Part shown: piece by piece, positions 1 through 13,070 of the stretch
Numbering within the stretch: the first letter of the stretch is position 1
Layout of the letters: the number at the start of each line of letters is the position of its first letter
NCBI GenBank assembly: GCA_013239625.1
Contig: MU053487.1
Location: forward strand, 2,067,058-2,131,057
From: Lama guanicoe
Lineage: Eukaryota
Length of the DNA stretch: 64,000 nucleotides
Direction of reading: 5' to 3'
Position numbers and translations under genes: made by a program
The notes under the pieces: generated by a model
Database searches by the model: none
What the model was told of the DNA's origin: nothing
What the model saw: only the letters and a program-made list of their open reading frames with translations

Positions 1-770
1 AGGGAAGGAATGTTTGTAGGAGGTGTCAGTGCTTCGCCTGGAGAAGACTTTGGGGAATGTGATCACTGTCTTCAAATAACTGAAGCCATCTCTTCTGGAA
101 GAGGGTTAAACTCACTCGGGGTCTCCCGTGCACAGTGATGGATATTACAGGGAGGCAGAGTTCAAGATGTTAAAAAGAAGAGCTTCTAAAAGTAACCCCA
201 GAGGTAGGCTCCGTGGAACTGGGGAGGGGGGATTTTCCGACATGTTTGGGAGGTGCTGGACGCTACACCCGCTTTGGATATTCGTAGCACACCGTCGTGT
301 TGTGAAGTCCTGCTATCCTGAACAACCGAGTGTTTTCAGTGGAGACCAGAGACAGTAAAGGAAACGGATTATAACTAAGGAGTTCTCCCTCCTAAGACCT
401 CCTTTTCCCTAATTCCACTTGGCTGCCTTTGAGCACTTTTTGGCATGTGTCTCTTTAATGGACACGAATCAGAAAGCCTTTCTAGTGCCTGTTCATTAGA
501 GCAAGTTCATTAAAGAGCTATTAAAGCTTCAATTCAGATCCTGGGTTCTCAGAGAACATTGTACACAGCACCCCTCAACCCAAGGGGTACAAAATACAGC
601 CAGCCTCTTCTGTTAGTTTCCCGAAATTTTACGCCTGCTGCCAAGTACTATGTATTTTAAGAAATTGCTCATTGAGAATGACTTAAATGAAAAAGGAAAC
701 CACATTCCTTCCAGCAAACATTGAGCAGAAATGGATGTTGGTAGACCCCACGGAAGAAGGTATCTTAGAG

Positions 771-897
771 GGTAAGGAATAGCTCAGTGGTAGAGTGAGT
801 GCTTAGCATGCACGAGGTCCTGGGTTTAATCCCCAGTACCTCCATTAAAACATTAATAAATAAGCCTGATTACTTCCCCCTCCCCCCTAACCAAAAA
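771..897 (+). mobile_element. tRNA-Ala(AGC)-derived camelid-type SINE (Vic-1-like)
   Basis: A box tagctcagtgg, anticodon stem gtgcttagcatgcac, B-box-like ggtttaatcc, A-rich linker, cctgattacttcccc tail and poly(A). Perfect 17-bp TSD AAGAAGGTATCTTAGAG at 754-770 and 898-914. Confidence 0.9.
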
Positions 898-1556
898 AAG
901 AAGGTATCTTAGAGCCTCACACAGAAATGGAAGCGACCTCCATCAGGGGCTTGTGTTACGCTCTGGGGCGTCACATGGGGCTGCAGGGCATCACTTCTGC
1001 CAAAACAGAAGACAGGACAAGGGGAGGTGAGAGGACCCCTTACCACCCCAAGGTCCTCATGTTGTTCTCTGAGCCAGTCGTCAGCACCCTAGCCTTTATT
1101 GTTCCTCCTGGAACATGTGGGATGTCTTCTTTCCTGCCCCAGTTCTCCATCTGTTCCAGCCCCAAATCTGTCAGGACTCAAGTAAAATGCCTCCCCTGGG
1201 TTCTGCGGTGAGCACCTTCTCTGAACGTTTGTCATTTCTCAAACGACCCAGACCTCTGTAAGTCCCTAGAAAACATGATCTGATCTGATGTCTTGTGCCT
1301 GTTCCCTCAGCAGCCAGCACAGCATACACCTGGCACATAGAGAGTATTTAAAAAAATCATAGTGAGTGACTAGGAGGAAAAACAGTCTATAATACCACTC
1401 AACAGAAACAGACAAAGAACAAAGAAAATGCCCTAAGCCCTTTGAAAGCCACTCCCCTGGTTTGTCAAGTCTCCACCCTGCCTAAAAAGCAGCTTGACAC
1501 TGACGCCCTTTTTCCTCCTCTGTTATCTTTCTCTTCATGTCTCCTTTGTGCTGCAT

Positions 1557-2036
1557 TTTTTTCAACTGAAGTATACAGTCAGTTCAATGTGTCAATTTCC
1601 GGTATACAGCGCGCTGTCCCAGTCATGCATGTACATACATATATTCATTTTCATATTCTTTTTCATTGAAGATTATTACAAAATATTGAATATAGTTCCT
1701 TATCCTATACAGAAGAAATGTATGGGGTGTCTTTAATCTATTTTTATATATAGTGGCCAACATTTGCAAATCTCAAAGTCCCAAACTTATCCCTTCCAAC
1801 CCCCTTTCCACTGGTAACCATAAGATTGTTTACTATGTCTGCGAGTCTGTTTCTGCTTTGTAGATGAGTTCATAGTATCCTTTATTTTTCTTTTTTTAGA
1901 TTTCACATATGACTGATACATGGTATTTTTCTTTCTCTTTCTGGCTTACTTCACTTAGAATGACATATTTTTATACAATGGAATACTCGTCGGCCATAAA
2001 AAAAGAATAACATAATGCCATTTGCAGCAACATGGA
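1557..2036 (-). mobile_element. 5'-truncated L1 3' end with a 5' inversion
   Basis: Minus-strand L1 3' UTR (1557-~1966), then ~70 nt of adjacent L1 sequence in + orientation. TSD TGTGCTGCAT(T/A)TTTT at 1547-1561 and 2037-2051. Confidence 0.85.
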
Positions 2037-2449
2037 TGTGCTGCATATTTTAATGTAAAGTGACTCAGCACACAAAGGTCTGTAACAGGGATTGTTCCCT
2101 CCTGGTGAATTATATCCGCATCCAAGTACAACGGCAGCCTACACTGTTTCGGACTTCTGTCATGAACGCCCACGGTTACAGTAATTCTTCCACCTTAGTT
2201 TTTTTTAATATTTGCTTTCTATGCCATTAGCTACCTTTAACACTAAACCTTTTTGTCTTGTCATCTAAGTGCTTCTTTTGAAAATAAACATAGTTGCATT
2301 TTAGATTTCTTTTCTCCCTAACCTGAGTTTTTATTCTTAAATGGAAGAGATGGATGCATTTGAGTTTATTGTTAGGAGTTAAATATTTGGCTTTCCTTCT
2401 GCCTATTACCATAGGATTTCTATTTTGTGTTTCCTGTTTCCTTCCAGTT

Positions 2450-2468
2450 TGTGTGTGTGTGTGTGTGT
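2450..2468. repeat. (TG)n microsatellite
   Basis: About 9 TG units. Confidence 0.8.
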
Positions 2469-3067
2469 TAATCATTGTGTGATTTATATGTTATTTCTTT
2501 TTATAACCTCCTGTGTTTTGGCAGATATATATTCTTCTCCTAATGATGACCACTGAGATTTTCAAAAAGCACTGTTCCCCATTTCTCAAGTTATTAAAAA
2601 GTAAAAATAAACATGGTATTTTTAGTCCTCTATTATTCCAGATAAGCCTACCAAACTTTTAATCCCAACTCCCCTCCTGCCAGCAGTAATGTTTTCTCTT
2701 CTTGTTTTTGCCAATGAAGGATGACACTCTTGTCAATCCAGATTTTTATTGTCATTCCAATGTTAAGACCTTTGAGAATAAATCTTAAGAGATGCACACC
2801 TTTTATCACAGATTTGTATATCTATTTGGACATTTCTAGTTTTAACTGATTTTGATATTTACCACCAGTTCTATTATTACATAACACCTCCATTCTTCAG
2901 CTTTTATTTTTGTTTCTCCATTGTTCCGCATTTATTTTCAGTAGTATTTTTCTAGAAGAGGACAAGAGCACCACAAGTGTAAGGGAGGTGGCTGCCGGGG
3001 CGCCACCTGCTCAGCTAACGACGCTCGCAGGTCGGGGCACAATAGTGAGCTGGGTCCACCTGGGGAC

Positions 3068-4180
3068 TTTTTTTTTTTTTAACTCTTTCCCTATTCTATT
3101 TTATTTTTATTCTTTATTTTTTAGTTAACATACAGTCGGTTTACAATGTTGTGTTGATTTCTGGTGTACAGCATAGTGATTCAGATATATCTTCCTTTTC
3201 ATATTCTTTTTCATTATAGGCTATTACAAGCTATTGAATATAGTTCCCGGTGCTCTACAGTAGGTCCTCACTGTCTATGTTTTATATTTTACATTGCCTG
3301 AACTCCCAGTTTATCCCTCCACACTCCCCTTTCCCCCTGGCAACCATAGCTTGTTTTCTGTGTCTGTGAGTCTGTTTTGTAAGTAAGTTCATTTGTGTCT
3401 TTTTTTTTTTTTAGATTCCACATATAAGTGATATCCTACAGTATTTTTACTTCACTTAGTATGACATTCTCCAGGTCCATCCATGTTGTAGCAAATGGCA
3501 GTATTTTATTATATTTTATGGCCGAGTAGTATTCCATTGTATAAATATACCACAACTGCTTTATCCAGTCATCTGTTGATGGGCATTTAGGCTGTTTCCA
3601 TGTCTTGTCTATTGTAAATAGTGCTGCTGTGAACATTGAGATGCAGGTGTTTTTTTGAACTAAGGTTCCCTCTGGATATATGCCCAGGAGTGGGACTGCT
3701 GGATCATATGGTAGTCTATTTTTAGTCTTTTGAGGAGTCTCCATACAGTTTTCGATAACAGCTGCGACAAACTGCATGCCCACCAGCAGTGTAGGAGGGC
3801 TCCCTTTTCTCCACAGCCTCTCCAGCATTTATTGTTTGTGGACTGTTGAATGATGGGCATTCTGAGTGGTGTGAGGTGATAACCTCATTGTAGTTTTGAT
3901 TTGCATTTCTCTGATAATTAGCAATTATCATGTGCCTGTTGGCCATTTATATATCTTCATTGGAGAATTGCTTGTTAGGTCTTCTGCCATTTTGGGGTTG
4001 GGTTGTTTGTTTTTTTGTTACGGAATTGTATGAGCTGTCTGTATATTCTGGAAATTAAGCCCTTGTCAGTCACATCATTTGCAAATATTTTCTCCTATTC
4101 TGTAGGTTGTCATTTTGTTTTGCTTTTGGTTTCCTTTGCTGTGCAAAAGCTTCTTAGTTTAATTAGGTCCTATTGGTTTA
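3068..4180 (-). mobile_element. 5'-truncated L1 (ORF2 C-terminus and 3' UTR)
   Basis: Minus-strand ORF 3436..3828 carries L1 ORF2p C-terminal motifs ([36 protein letters not shown]); T-rich tail at the left end. Confidence 0.9.
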
Positions 4181-7100
4181 TAGTTCAGGAATTCTCACAG
4201 TTCCCACTTAACACCCCTCAGCTGTTCTGTGGCTTCGTTCCCCAGCCCGCTGTCCCCTCGCTGAAGCTAGTAGCGCGCTCTCCAGCCTTCCCGTTTACAT
4301 TAGTCCGTGAAATCCAAAGGCCTGAGAACTGCTGCTTGAGGACAGTGACGTGATCACCTGCAGGGCCGGTTCTGGCCTTCGTTCTTTTAACAAGGACTTT
4401 GGGGAATTTAATTCTTTGCTCTCCTATATTCCCCAGGTTTTTCATTCGGTCTTTTGACTTCTTTATCGGAATATCTGGTTCTCCTGTATTTTACTCTCAG
4501 CCAAAAGCAGATGCTCTCTCAAACTGTCTTCTGCTTGGTATCATACAACCCTTTAAGTTGCCTTCCCTTACAACCCTGTGAAGGAGTGAAGGGGGCGGGG
4601 GTGTGATGCAGTCACCTACACCAGACAGATGGCAAATGCTCCAGCATGAACTCCACAGGGCGGAGGCTGCGGTGTGTCGTGTTCAGTGTGGTACCCTCAG
4701 CGCTAAGCCTGGCACTGGGCCTGTAACTGGTGTTCAGTATAATCTGTTGAGTGAATGAACAGATAAATGAGTGCTCAGCCATTGAGAAATACCATTATCA
4801 GAGTTACGGTTATGATTATTTTTATCATACACAAAGGAAAAATTCCGACGAGTTGAGGAGGAACAGCAGGTCATCTGACCCCTATCTGGCCAGTCACTTA
4901 CGCAGTGAAGGTACGGTGGTTGTGTTCTGAGGAGTTAAGGAGAAACAGTACGTCATCTCAACAGCCAGGGACCCACCAAACCATTGCTGGCTCGGTGCTG
5001 ATAGCTAGCACCTTCATAAATTCAACTGAGGAAACTGAGGTAGCAAAGGAAAAGGGGCCAGAATTATCTAGAAACTGGAAGAAGTGAGAAGGAGCCCCGA
5101 GCCTTTCAGCTGTAGGCCTGCTGGGCCTCCGCCACACAGACACTGGTGTTCGGCAGGCAGGGTGGCTTTAACAGGTCTTGTGATGCCCTCACAAGGCCAC
5201 CCCACCTCCTACCTCCATCCAGGGGATCAGACTGAGATGTCCTGAAGCCACATCTGTGAGGGAGAATGTCTGAATCCCATTTTGGGGGCCAGTCTGGGGA
5301 AGTCAGGAACCCAAAGGGACCGTTTGAGTCTGGTTCATCTCAGTGATGTGAGCCATGCTTCTACGTTTGTCCCTAAAATTTATTTTCTTAAGGTTCACAT
5401 AGGCTGATGTTAGGAGGACATGGGCACTCACGTCTTCAACCCCCTCCTTAAACATCTCATGACTGTTAAGAATAATAAAGGGACCAGGTGGTGATGAGAG
5501 AATCTTTATATGCAGACAGCTCTCCAGAAAAATCAACATTTCTTAGGTTGCCAGACACTGCCCCTGTCTTACCAGTGGAAGAAAGAAAATGTGGAAATTC
5601 ATTCCTGTGAACTGTTTATTTTCCTAGTAATTAACCAAAGTCATTAATGGTCAAACTGGGGGGGGGGGGTTAAGAGCCGAAAGAGACTGTCCCCCTTGAA
5701 TTATACATCATGATGTTTGCAGATGTTTTGGTGATTTCTTGAATCACAGCATAGAGATGAACTTTTAGAGAAAAAATATTTTTCATGTCCCAAGGAAAAG
5801 ATTTGTATTTTAGGAGTCTTTTAAGATCATACCTCAGCGGAAAGCAATGACAATCCGGGAGAGTATCTCCACTGCGTAAGTAACTGGTCAGACAGGGGAC
5901 AATGATAACTTAAGGTGGTTTTGTTACACTTTCTGCCGTTCCCTGAGGTCACCAGCTAGATGCTATTTAGTAATATCATAGCAAATATATATATTTCCAT
6001 GTTCTTCTGAGACTCGCTGTGCTTCATATATTTTCTCCTTGTCCCATGTACCAAGAAATTTTAAAAGATGCCCAGGGCAAAAGGAAAGGAGGAGAAATCA
6101 TGCAGGCTGGAGTGGAGTAGACAGAGAGAAGACAGTACTGTGAATCTTGGATACATTTTAAGAGTTTTCTAAACTTGCAGCTATAAAGCATTTCCCTGAC
6201 TGTGACGATGCTGATTCCTGCCTTCCTGCTTGAGGTTCAGACCGAGCTGTGACAGATAGATGCAGAGAGGACCCGTGATTAATTCCATGCTGGGAAGCTA
6301 GGGATCTCCAAGAACAGGCCACTTCCGCTTATAAACACAGGAAACAGAGACCTGTTGGAAGGTGTGTACCCTGCACCTGCATTCAGCTGCCAGGGCAGGG
6401 AATGCTCCACTGACCTACTTTAGAAATGTGCCTCAGCTTGTGCAGCTGCAGGGATACCACGTAAATGACAGAACTGGGCCAGGAGCAAAAAATAGGCCAG
6501 CCCTTTGTGTGTGTCTGGGACTCAAAGCATCGGGCAGGTGTGTGTGTGTGGGGGAGACACCTGTACTGTGACCCAGCGGTTAAGGACAGAGGATGAGGGG
6601 AAGAGAACTACTAAAGCATCTTCTGTGTAGCTTACCGAACACTGCCTGGCTGCTGAACCAGAAAAATGAAGAGATTATTCTTTCACAGGCTCAGCTTGCC
6701 TGGAAAGAAAATCCAGAGACTTATAGCTCCCCTGCACCTCTGGCCCCAACAACATGACAGAAGGCCAGCACAGGAGTGCATGCATGCACACCTGTGCACA
6801 CGTGTGCTCACCACACACACACTCCACCTCCAGCCAGAGAAGTGTGTTTCCACGGACACAGCAGGAACGTGGTGTCAGGAGTTTACATCTGTTTCATTCT
6901 GTCCCTCATCCTGTACAATCTAAGATCCAAGCACTGTAGTGCCGTAAAGAGAAGTGACAAGAATGTCTCCTTGAACCCACGGAGGGACAGTGAGCCAGCC
7001 TGACTCTGACCCAGAAGGACTCTGTCACTTCGCATGAGATCAGCCTGATAGCCCCACTGGAAAGGAGATTTCAAGGACCTTTTTTTTTTTCAGAGGGATG

Positions 7101-9108
7101 AAGGGTCACTTTTAATTTTTTTTTTTCAAGAAACATTTTCTGAGCATCGATTTTCTCCTTTTAAAAATACTTCTCTGATAGATGTGGCGTAAAGATTCAA
7201 CAAGACAGGACCCAGAAGCCGTGGTGCGCAGTCAGCAGCAGTGTTCAGGGCTCTTTGCTTGTCGTCCTGTCCTGGTGTCACAGGGGTGCATGCTGGGGCT
7301 AGCCAGCCGTCTCGCCCCAGGTCTGGTCTCTCCCCTGGTCTGGTCTCTCCCCTGACCTGCTGGACCTCTGCCGCCGAGATCCCTTGTGGATGCCGAAATG
7401 CTTCCATGTTCACACAGGGAAGCAAAGCATCTCCTTCCCGATAAAATCTGCCGCTTTACTGCTGGTCTCTCCTGCTGGGACAGATGGCGCACCTGTGTGC
7501 TCTCAGCTCCCTGGCCAGACCCCCAAGGCCACCTTGGAATCCCCGCAGCCCCTCTCTCTAGAAATCCCATCCATGAACACACTTGGTCAGTTCCACTCTT
7601 GTGGTTTCTCCATGGCCGGTCCCTCCTCTCTTCCCACTGCTCCCGCCTCAGTCCAGGCTCCACACCACACGCAAACTGTTTCAAGAACAAAGAATTTGTA
7701 GAAGTGAAACTTTGTCATCATCAGCGGCGCTAGTGAACATCTACAAGTGTCACTGCAAACAGATTCCAAACACAGACCTGCAAGAGAGAGCCATCAGAGC
7801 CAGAATGGAGTAGAGGGGTCGAGGGTGGGTGTCTGCATTCTAGCTCTCCATTTAGTCAATCGAGTGACCATGGACAACTGATGTACCTTCTCTCCATCCC
7901 AGTGCCTCTCTGATGAGAAAATAGCAATACTTCACGATAACTACTGACAACTAAGTAAGCTGATACATGGGAATGTTCTTTGTTGACTATGCAACTCAAA
8001 AACTGTCCATTATTATTAAAGGGATCTTTCTGTCGAAAGGTATAGATTAATAGTATGCCAGATTCCTGGGAGAGCACAGGGTGGGTAGAGAGAAGGCGCA
8101 TAGCCTAGCTCGGCCAATCCATTCTTGGGAGACGTGAGGATAAATACAAATTCTCAAGCCCTAAGCTGGGAGAACAATTCTGAAGAAAGCAAATGAGACT
8201 GTGAAAACTGCTGACCTCAGAGAAGAGGAGAAGACAGAGCAGCAGAGATTATGAATCCTGAGGTCAGGGGTGCTCCCAGATGGTCATGAGAAACTGATCG
8301 TTCAGGAAGACATCTCCTCTGAAAACTTCAAGCCGCACACACGTAGCAGAAGGAAAGCCCGGTGGCCTCGGTATTAGGATGTGAACCGATGACCCAGAGG
8401 GCAAAGGCCATGGGTTCCAAACACAAAGCCCTGAGCCAACCCGATTCCCATTGCTATTTCTGAAGCCCAGTGCGGGTGAGGGGCGGGGGAAGTAGGGAGA
8501 GTTTTTCCACTAGTAGTCAGGAACCGAAATAGGAAAGATCAACAAAGGCATTTATAAACAATGAATGCCATTAATTTTTTTTAAGCTAGGAAGGGGTTGG
8601 AAAAGATGTACTGTAGCAAGGAGTAGGGAAGGTAGGCAGGGAAAGATGGCCCAGGGGTCTTCACACTTTTTTCACGGTCCTTTCTGCTTGCTTAATGGCA
8701 TTTCAGGTTGCTGGTGAATTACCTTATTAGTGAATTTCCAGGAAAGCTTGGAAACCATCTTGTTCAGTTGAACTCATAGTAAGGAAGAGATAACATGGGT
8801 TATTTTTAATCGAGGTCTCGTGACTACAGTTCAACTGTGATGGAAAAAATGTTCCCTTCTTTCCCCTTTATCAGAAAACTTTCTAACTCAGTGATGTCCA
8901 AACTTGGGGGACAGTTTAAGCTATACTGCTCTAGTTCCAAAGCTCACACTCTTTCTAGTGCAGCACATTCTGAAGACGACGACAGGTAATCTAGGGTGCC
9001 TTTGGGGATGGTGAGAAGAGGCCACTGTAAGACCTGGTTTGAGCTAGGTCTGCTTCACTTCCCAGTGTGGTGAGACAAGACCATTAGACCAGGACACCGG
9101 ACACTGTA

Positions 9109-10370
9109 TTTTTTTTTTACCGTTTTTTAAATTGAAGTACAGTCAGTTTACAATGTTGTGTCAATTTCTGGTGCACAGCACAATGCTTCAGTCATACAGG
9201 AAATACATATATTCATTTTCATATTTTTTTTCCGTCATGAGTTACTGCAAGATATTGAGTATAGTTCCCTGTTCTGTACAGTATAAACTTGTTGTTTATC
9301 TATTTTATATATATTAGTATCTCCAAATCTCAAACTCCCAATTTATACCTTCCTACCCCTCTTACCCTCTGGTAACCATTAGTTTGTTTTCTATGTCTGT
9401 GAATGTCTTTCTGTTTTGTAAATAAATTCGTCTTTTTTTTTTTTTTTTAGATTCCACATATAAGTGATATCATATGGTATTTTCCTTTCTCTTTCTGGCT
9501 TACTTCACTTAGAATGACAATCTCCAGGTCCATCCATGCTGCTACAAATGGCATTATTTTATTATTTTTTATGGCTGAGATGTATTCCACTGTATAAATA
9601 TATCACAACTTCTTTATCCAGTCATCTGTCAGTGGTCATTTAGGTGGTTTCCATGTCTTAGCTATTGTAAACAGTGCTGCTATGAACGTTGGGGTGCATG
9701 TATCTTTTCAAATTAGAGTTCCGTCTGGATATATACCCAGGAGTGGAATGGCTACATCAAATGGTAATTCCTATTTTTAGTTTTTTGAGGAATCTCCATA
9801 CTGTCTACGTAACGGCTACACTAAACTACATTCCCACCAGCAGTGTAGGAGGGTTCCCTTTTCTCCACATGCTCTCCAGCATTTGTCATTTGTGGACTTT
9901 TGAAAGACGGCCATTCTGACTGGTGTGAGGTGATATCTCATTGTTTTGATTTGGATTTCTCTGATAATTAGTGATATTGAGCATTTTTTCATTCGCCTGT
10001 TAGCCATTTGGATGTCTTCATTGGAGAATTGCTTGTCCAGGTCTTCTGCCCATTTTTGGATTGGGGTTTTTTTTGTTATTAAGTTGTCTGAGCTGTTTAT
10101 ATATTCTGGAGATTAAGCCTTTGTCAGTTACATCATTTGCAAATATTTTCTCCCATTCCGTAGGTTGTTTAGTTTTGCTTATGGTTTCCTTTGCTGTGCA
10201 AAAGCTTATATGTTTAATTAGGTCCCATTTGTTTATTTTTGCTTTTATTTCTATTCTGGGTAGACTGCCCTAGGAGAACATTGCTAAGATTTATGTCAGG
10301 GAATGTTTTGCCTATGTTTTCTTCTAGGAGATTTATCGTGTCTTGTCTTATATTCAAGTATTTAAGCCAT
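9109..10370 (-). mobile_element. 5'-truncated L1, copy A
   Basis: Poly(T), L1 3' UTR and ORF2p C-terminal fragments ([27 protein letters not shown]). Confidence 0.9.
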
Positions 10371-11910
10371 TTTTTAAACTGAAGTACAGTCAGTTACAAT
10401 GCTTCATTTTCTGATGTACAGCACAATACCCCAGTCATGTATATGCATACATATATTCATTTTCATATTTTTCATTAAAGGTTACAAGATACTGAATATA
10501 GTTCCCTGTGCTATACAGAAGAAATATGGGGGGGGGTGTTCATCTATTTTTATATATAGTGACTAACATTTGCAAATCTCAAATTCCCAAATTTATCCCT
10601 TCTCACCCCCTTTCCCATGGAAAACGTAAGATTGTTTACTGTATCTCTGAGTCTGTTTCTGTTTTGTAGATGAGTTTATTAGTGTCTTCTTTATCTTTTT
10701 TTAAGATTCCACATGTGAGTGATAACCACATGGTGTTTTTCTTTCTCTTTCTCTTACTTCACTTAGAATGACATTCTCCGGGTCCATCCATGTTGCTGCA
10801 AATGGCATTATTTTATCATTTTTTATGGCTGAGTAGTATTCTATTACATAAATATAGCACAACTTCTTTATCTAGTCATCTGTTGATGGACATTTAGGTT
10901 GTTTCCATGTCTTGACTATTGTAAATAGTGCTGCTATGAACATTGGGGTGTATGTATCTTTTCCATTTAAAGTTCCCTCTGGATATATGCCCAGGAGTGG
11001 GACTGCTGGATCGTATGGTAATTCTGTTTTTAGTGATTTGAGGGATCTCCATACTGTTTTCCATAATGGTGGCACCAAACTGCATTCCCACCAGCAGTGT
11101 AGGAGGGTTCCCTTTTCTCTACAGCCTCTTCAGCATTTGTCATTTGTGGACCTCTGAAGGCCATTCTAACTGGTGTGAGGTGATACTTCATTGTAGTTTT
11201 GATTTGCATTTCTCTGATAATTAGCAATATTGAGCATTTTTTTAATGTTCCTGTTGGCCATCTGTATGTCTTCATTGGAGAATTGCTTGTTTAGGTCTTC
11301 TGCCCATTTGTGGATGGGTTGTTTAATTTGTTATTAAGTTGTAAGAGCTGTTTATATATTATGGAAATTAAACCTTTGTCAGTGGCATCATTTGCAGATA
11401 TTTTCACCCATTCCGTAGGTTGTCATATTGTTTTCCTTATGGTTTCCTTTGCTATGCAAAAAGCTGGTATGTTTAATTAGGTCCCATTTGTTAATTTTTG
11501 CTTTTATTTCTGTTGCCTGGGTAGACTGGCCTAGGAGAACGTGGCTAATAAGCTTTATGTCAGAGAATGTTTTGCCTATGTTTTCTTCTAGGAGGTTTAT
11601 TGTGTTTTGTCTTATATTAAGTCTTTAAGAGATTTTGAGTTTATATTTGTGTATGGAGTGACAGAGTGTTGTAACTTCATTGATATACGTGCTGCTGTCC
11701 AGTTTTCCCAACACCACTTACTGAAGAGACTGTCTTTTCTCCATTGTATGTTCTTGCCTCCTTTGTCGAAGATTAATTGACTGTAGGTCTGTGGGTTTAT
11801 TTCTGGGCTCTCTATTCTGTTTCATTGGTCCATATGTTTGTTTTTATGCCAATACCACACTGTTGATTACTGTAGCTTTGTAGTATTGTCTGAAATCTGG
11901 AAGGGTTATT
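10371..11910 (-). mobile_element. 5'-truncated L1, copy B, abutting copy A
   Basis: A new 3' end (ttttaaactgaagtacagtcagttacaatg) repeats the same L1 region as copy A and extends further 5'. ORF fragments [15 protein letters not shown] and [19 protein letters not shown]. Confidence 0.9.
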
Positions 11911-11944
11911 GAAAATGGTATTTTTAAAGAGTTCTGGACTAGCT

Positions 11945-12135
11945 CCTTTTGTATTGAAGTATAATTGATCTACAATGTGTTAATTTCTGGTGTACAGCAT
12001 AGTGATCCAGTTATACATACATATACATTTCTTTTCATATTCTTTTTACAAGGTATTGAGTATAGTTCCCTGTGCTACACAGTAGGACCTTGTTGTTTAT
12101 GTATTTTATGTGTAGTAGTTAGTAAATGCAAATCC
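11945..12135 (-). mobile_element. Short L1 3'-terminal fragment
   Basis: ttgaagtataattgatctacaatgtg...ttccctgtgctacacagtaggaccttgttg resembles the 3' tails of the other L1 copies in the window. Confidence 0.7.
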
Positions 12136-12644
12136 AGTTCTTTTATCCCTGATTTCCAAATGTGATCAGTCAAAAATCTGCTTGATGCAAGCAGAAAATA
12201 CAACTGAAAGGTTTCAGTCCAACCTAGTTGATGGAGAGGAAGAAATAATCAAAGGACACCAGCCAGAGATGCAAAGTCAATGGTGAATTAAATCAGACTT
12301 GCTATAGGGTCCCAGCTCTACATCTTACTAGCTAAATCATCTTCACTAAACTATTTAAACTCTGCGATCCTCAATTTTCCATTAGTTAAGTGTGGAATAA
12401 TAACTAACTTCAAGAAGTGTTGTGTGCAGGAGAACACATGGGATGTCCCTAACTCTGATTCCGAGCACTGTCCCCAGATGACGTGGCCCTGATCTTGGTG
12501 TCCTCTCAGTTGTCAAGCTTTCAGGAATGAAGAAGGCAGCTCTGTGTACACAAAGGAAAAGGGAATTCATAATCATGATCCCTGGATTCAGATTTCATCT
12601 CTGCACCCTTTCTTCGTGTGGTCTTACAGCAAAGACTTGCATCT

Positions 12645-13070
12645 GTGGTTCTCAACCAGGGGCCATGTTGCCTTCAAGGTAAAGTTTTAAGATTTAGCAA
12701 ATAAAAAGACTGGCCAACCCAGTTAAAGTTGAATTTCAGAAGTTTTTTAGTGTATATCACAGACAGTATTTGGGATGCAGTTGTCCCGTGGAATATTTGA
12801 GATACTCTTATACTAAAAAATAACTTATCTTAAAATTGAACTGGACTTTCTGTAATTTATCTAGCAAGTCTATGCCCAGGGGCATTTAATAATGTCTGGA
12901 GATGCTTTTGGTTGTGACAGTTCAGGAGAAGGGGTGCTCCTGGCATCAGGTAGGTGGAGACCAGGGATGCTGCCATCCATCCCATAATGCATAGGACAGC
13001 CTCCTGACACTCATGCAGCAAAGAATTACCAGACCCCACATGTCGATAGTGCAGAGGCTGAGAAGCTCAG
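12645..13070 (+). mobile_element. MER20-like hAT element interrupted by a MER53-like element (~12679-12870)
   Basis: MER20-like head gtggttctcaaccagggg and body tgtctggagatgcttttggttgtgac...gggatgctgcc...gcagaggctgagaa. The insert has gatttagcaaataaaaa...ccagttaaagttgaatttcaga. Family names are from recall. Confidence 0.65.

Noticed and set aside
771..845. Apparent tRNA-Ala(AGC) gene (also at ~32321, ~56300-56370 and ~56408)
   Set aside because: Each copy has mismatches to a tRNA fold and carries the SINE-specific tail and poly(A); three have visible TSDs. They are tRNA-derived SINEs, not tRNA genes.
2998..3015. CTCF-like motif GCGCCACCTGCTCA (similar partial motifs near 7481 and 39139)
   Set aside because: They lack the conserved CC at the start of the core; partial matches like this are common.
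3436..3828. 130-aa ORF, and similar ORFs at 10872, 28204, 31771 and 32660
   Set aside because: Frameshifted fragments of L1 ORF2p in truncated copies, not host genes.
7126..7813. Cluster of overlapping ORFs of 60-152 aa on both strands
   Set aside because: GC-rich intronic sequence with few stops; no recognisable domain or splice context.
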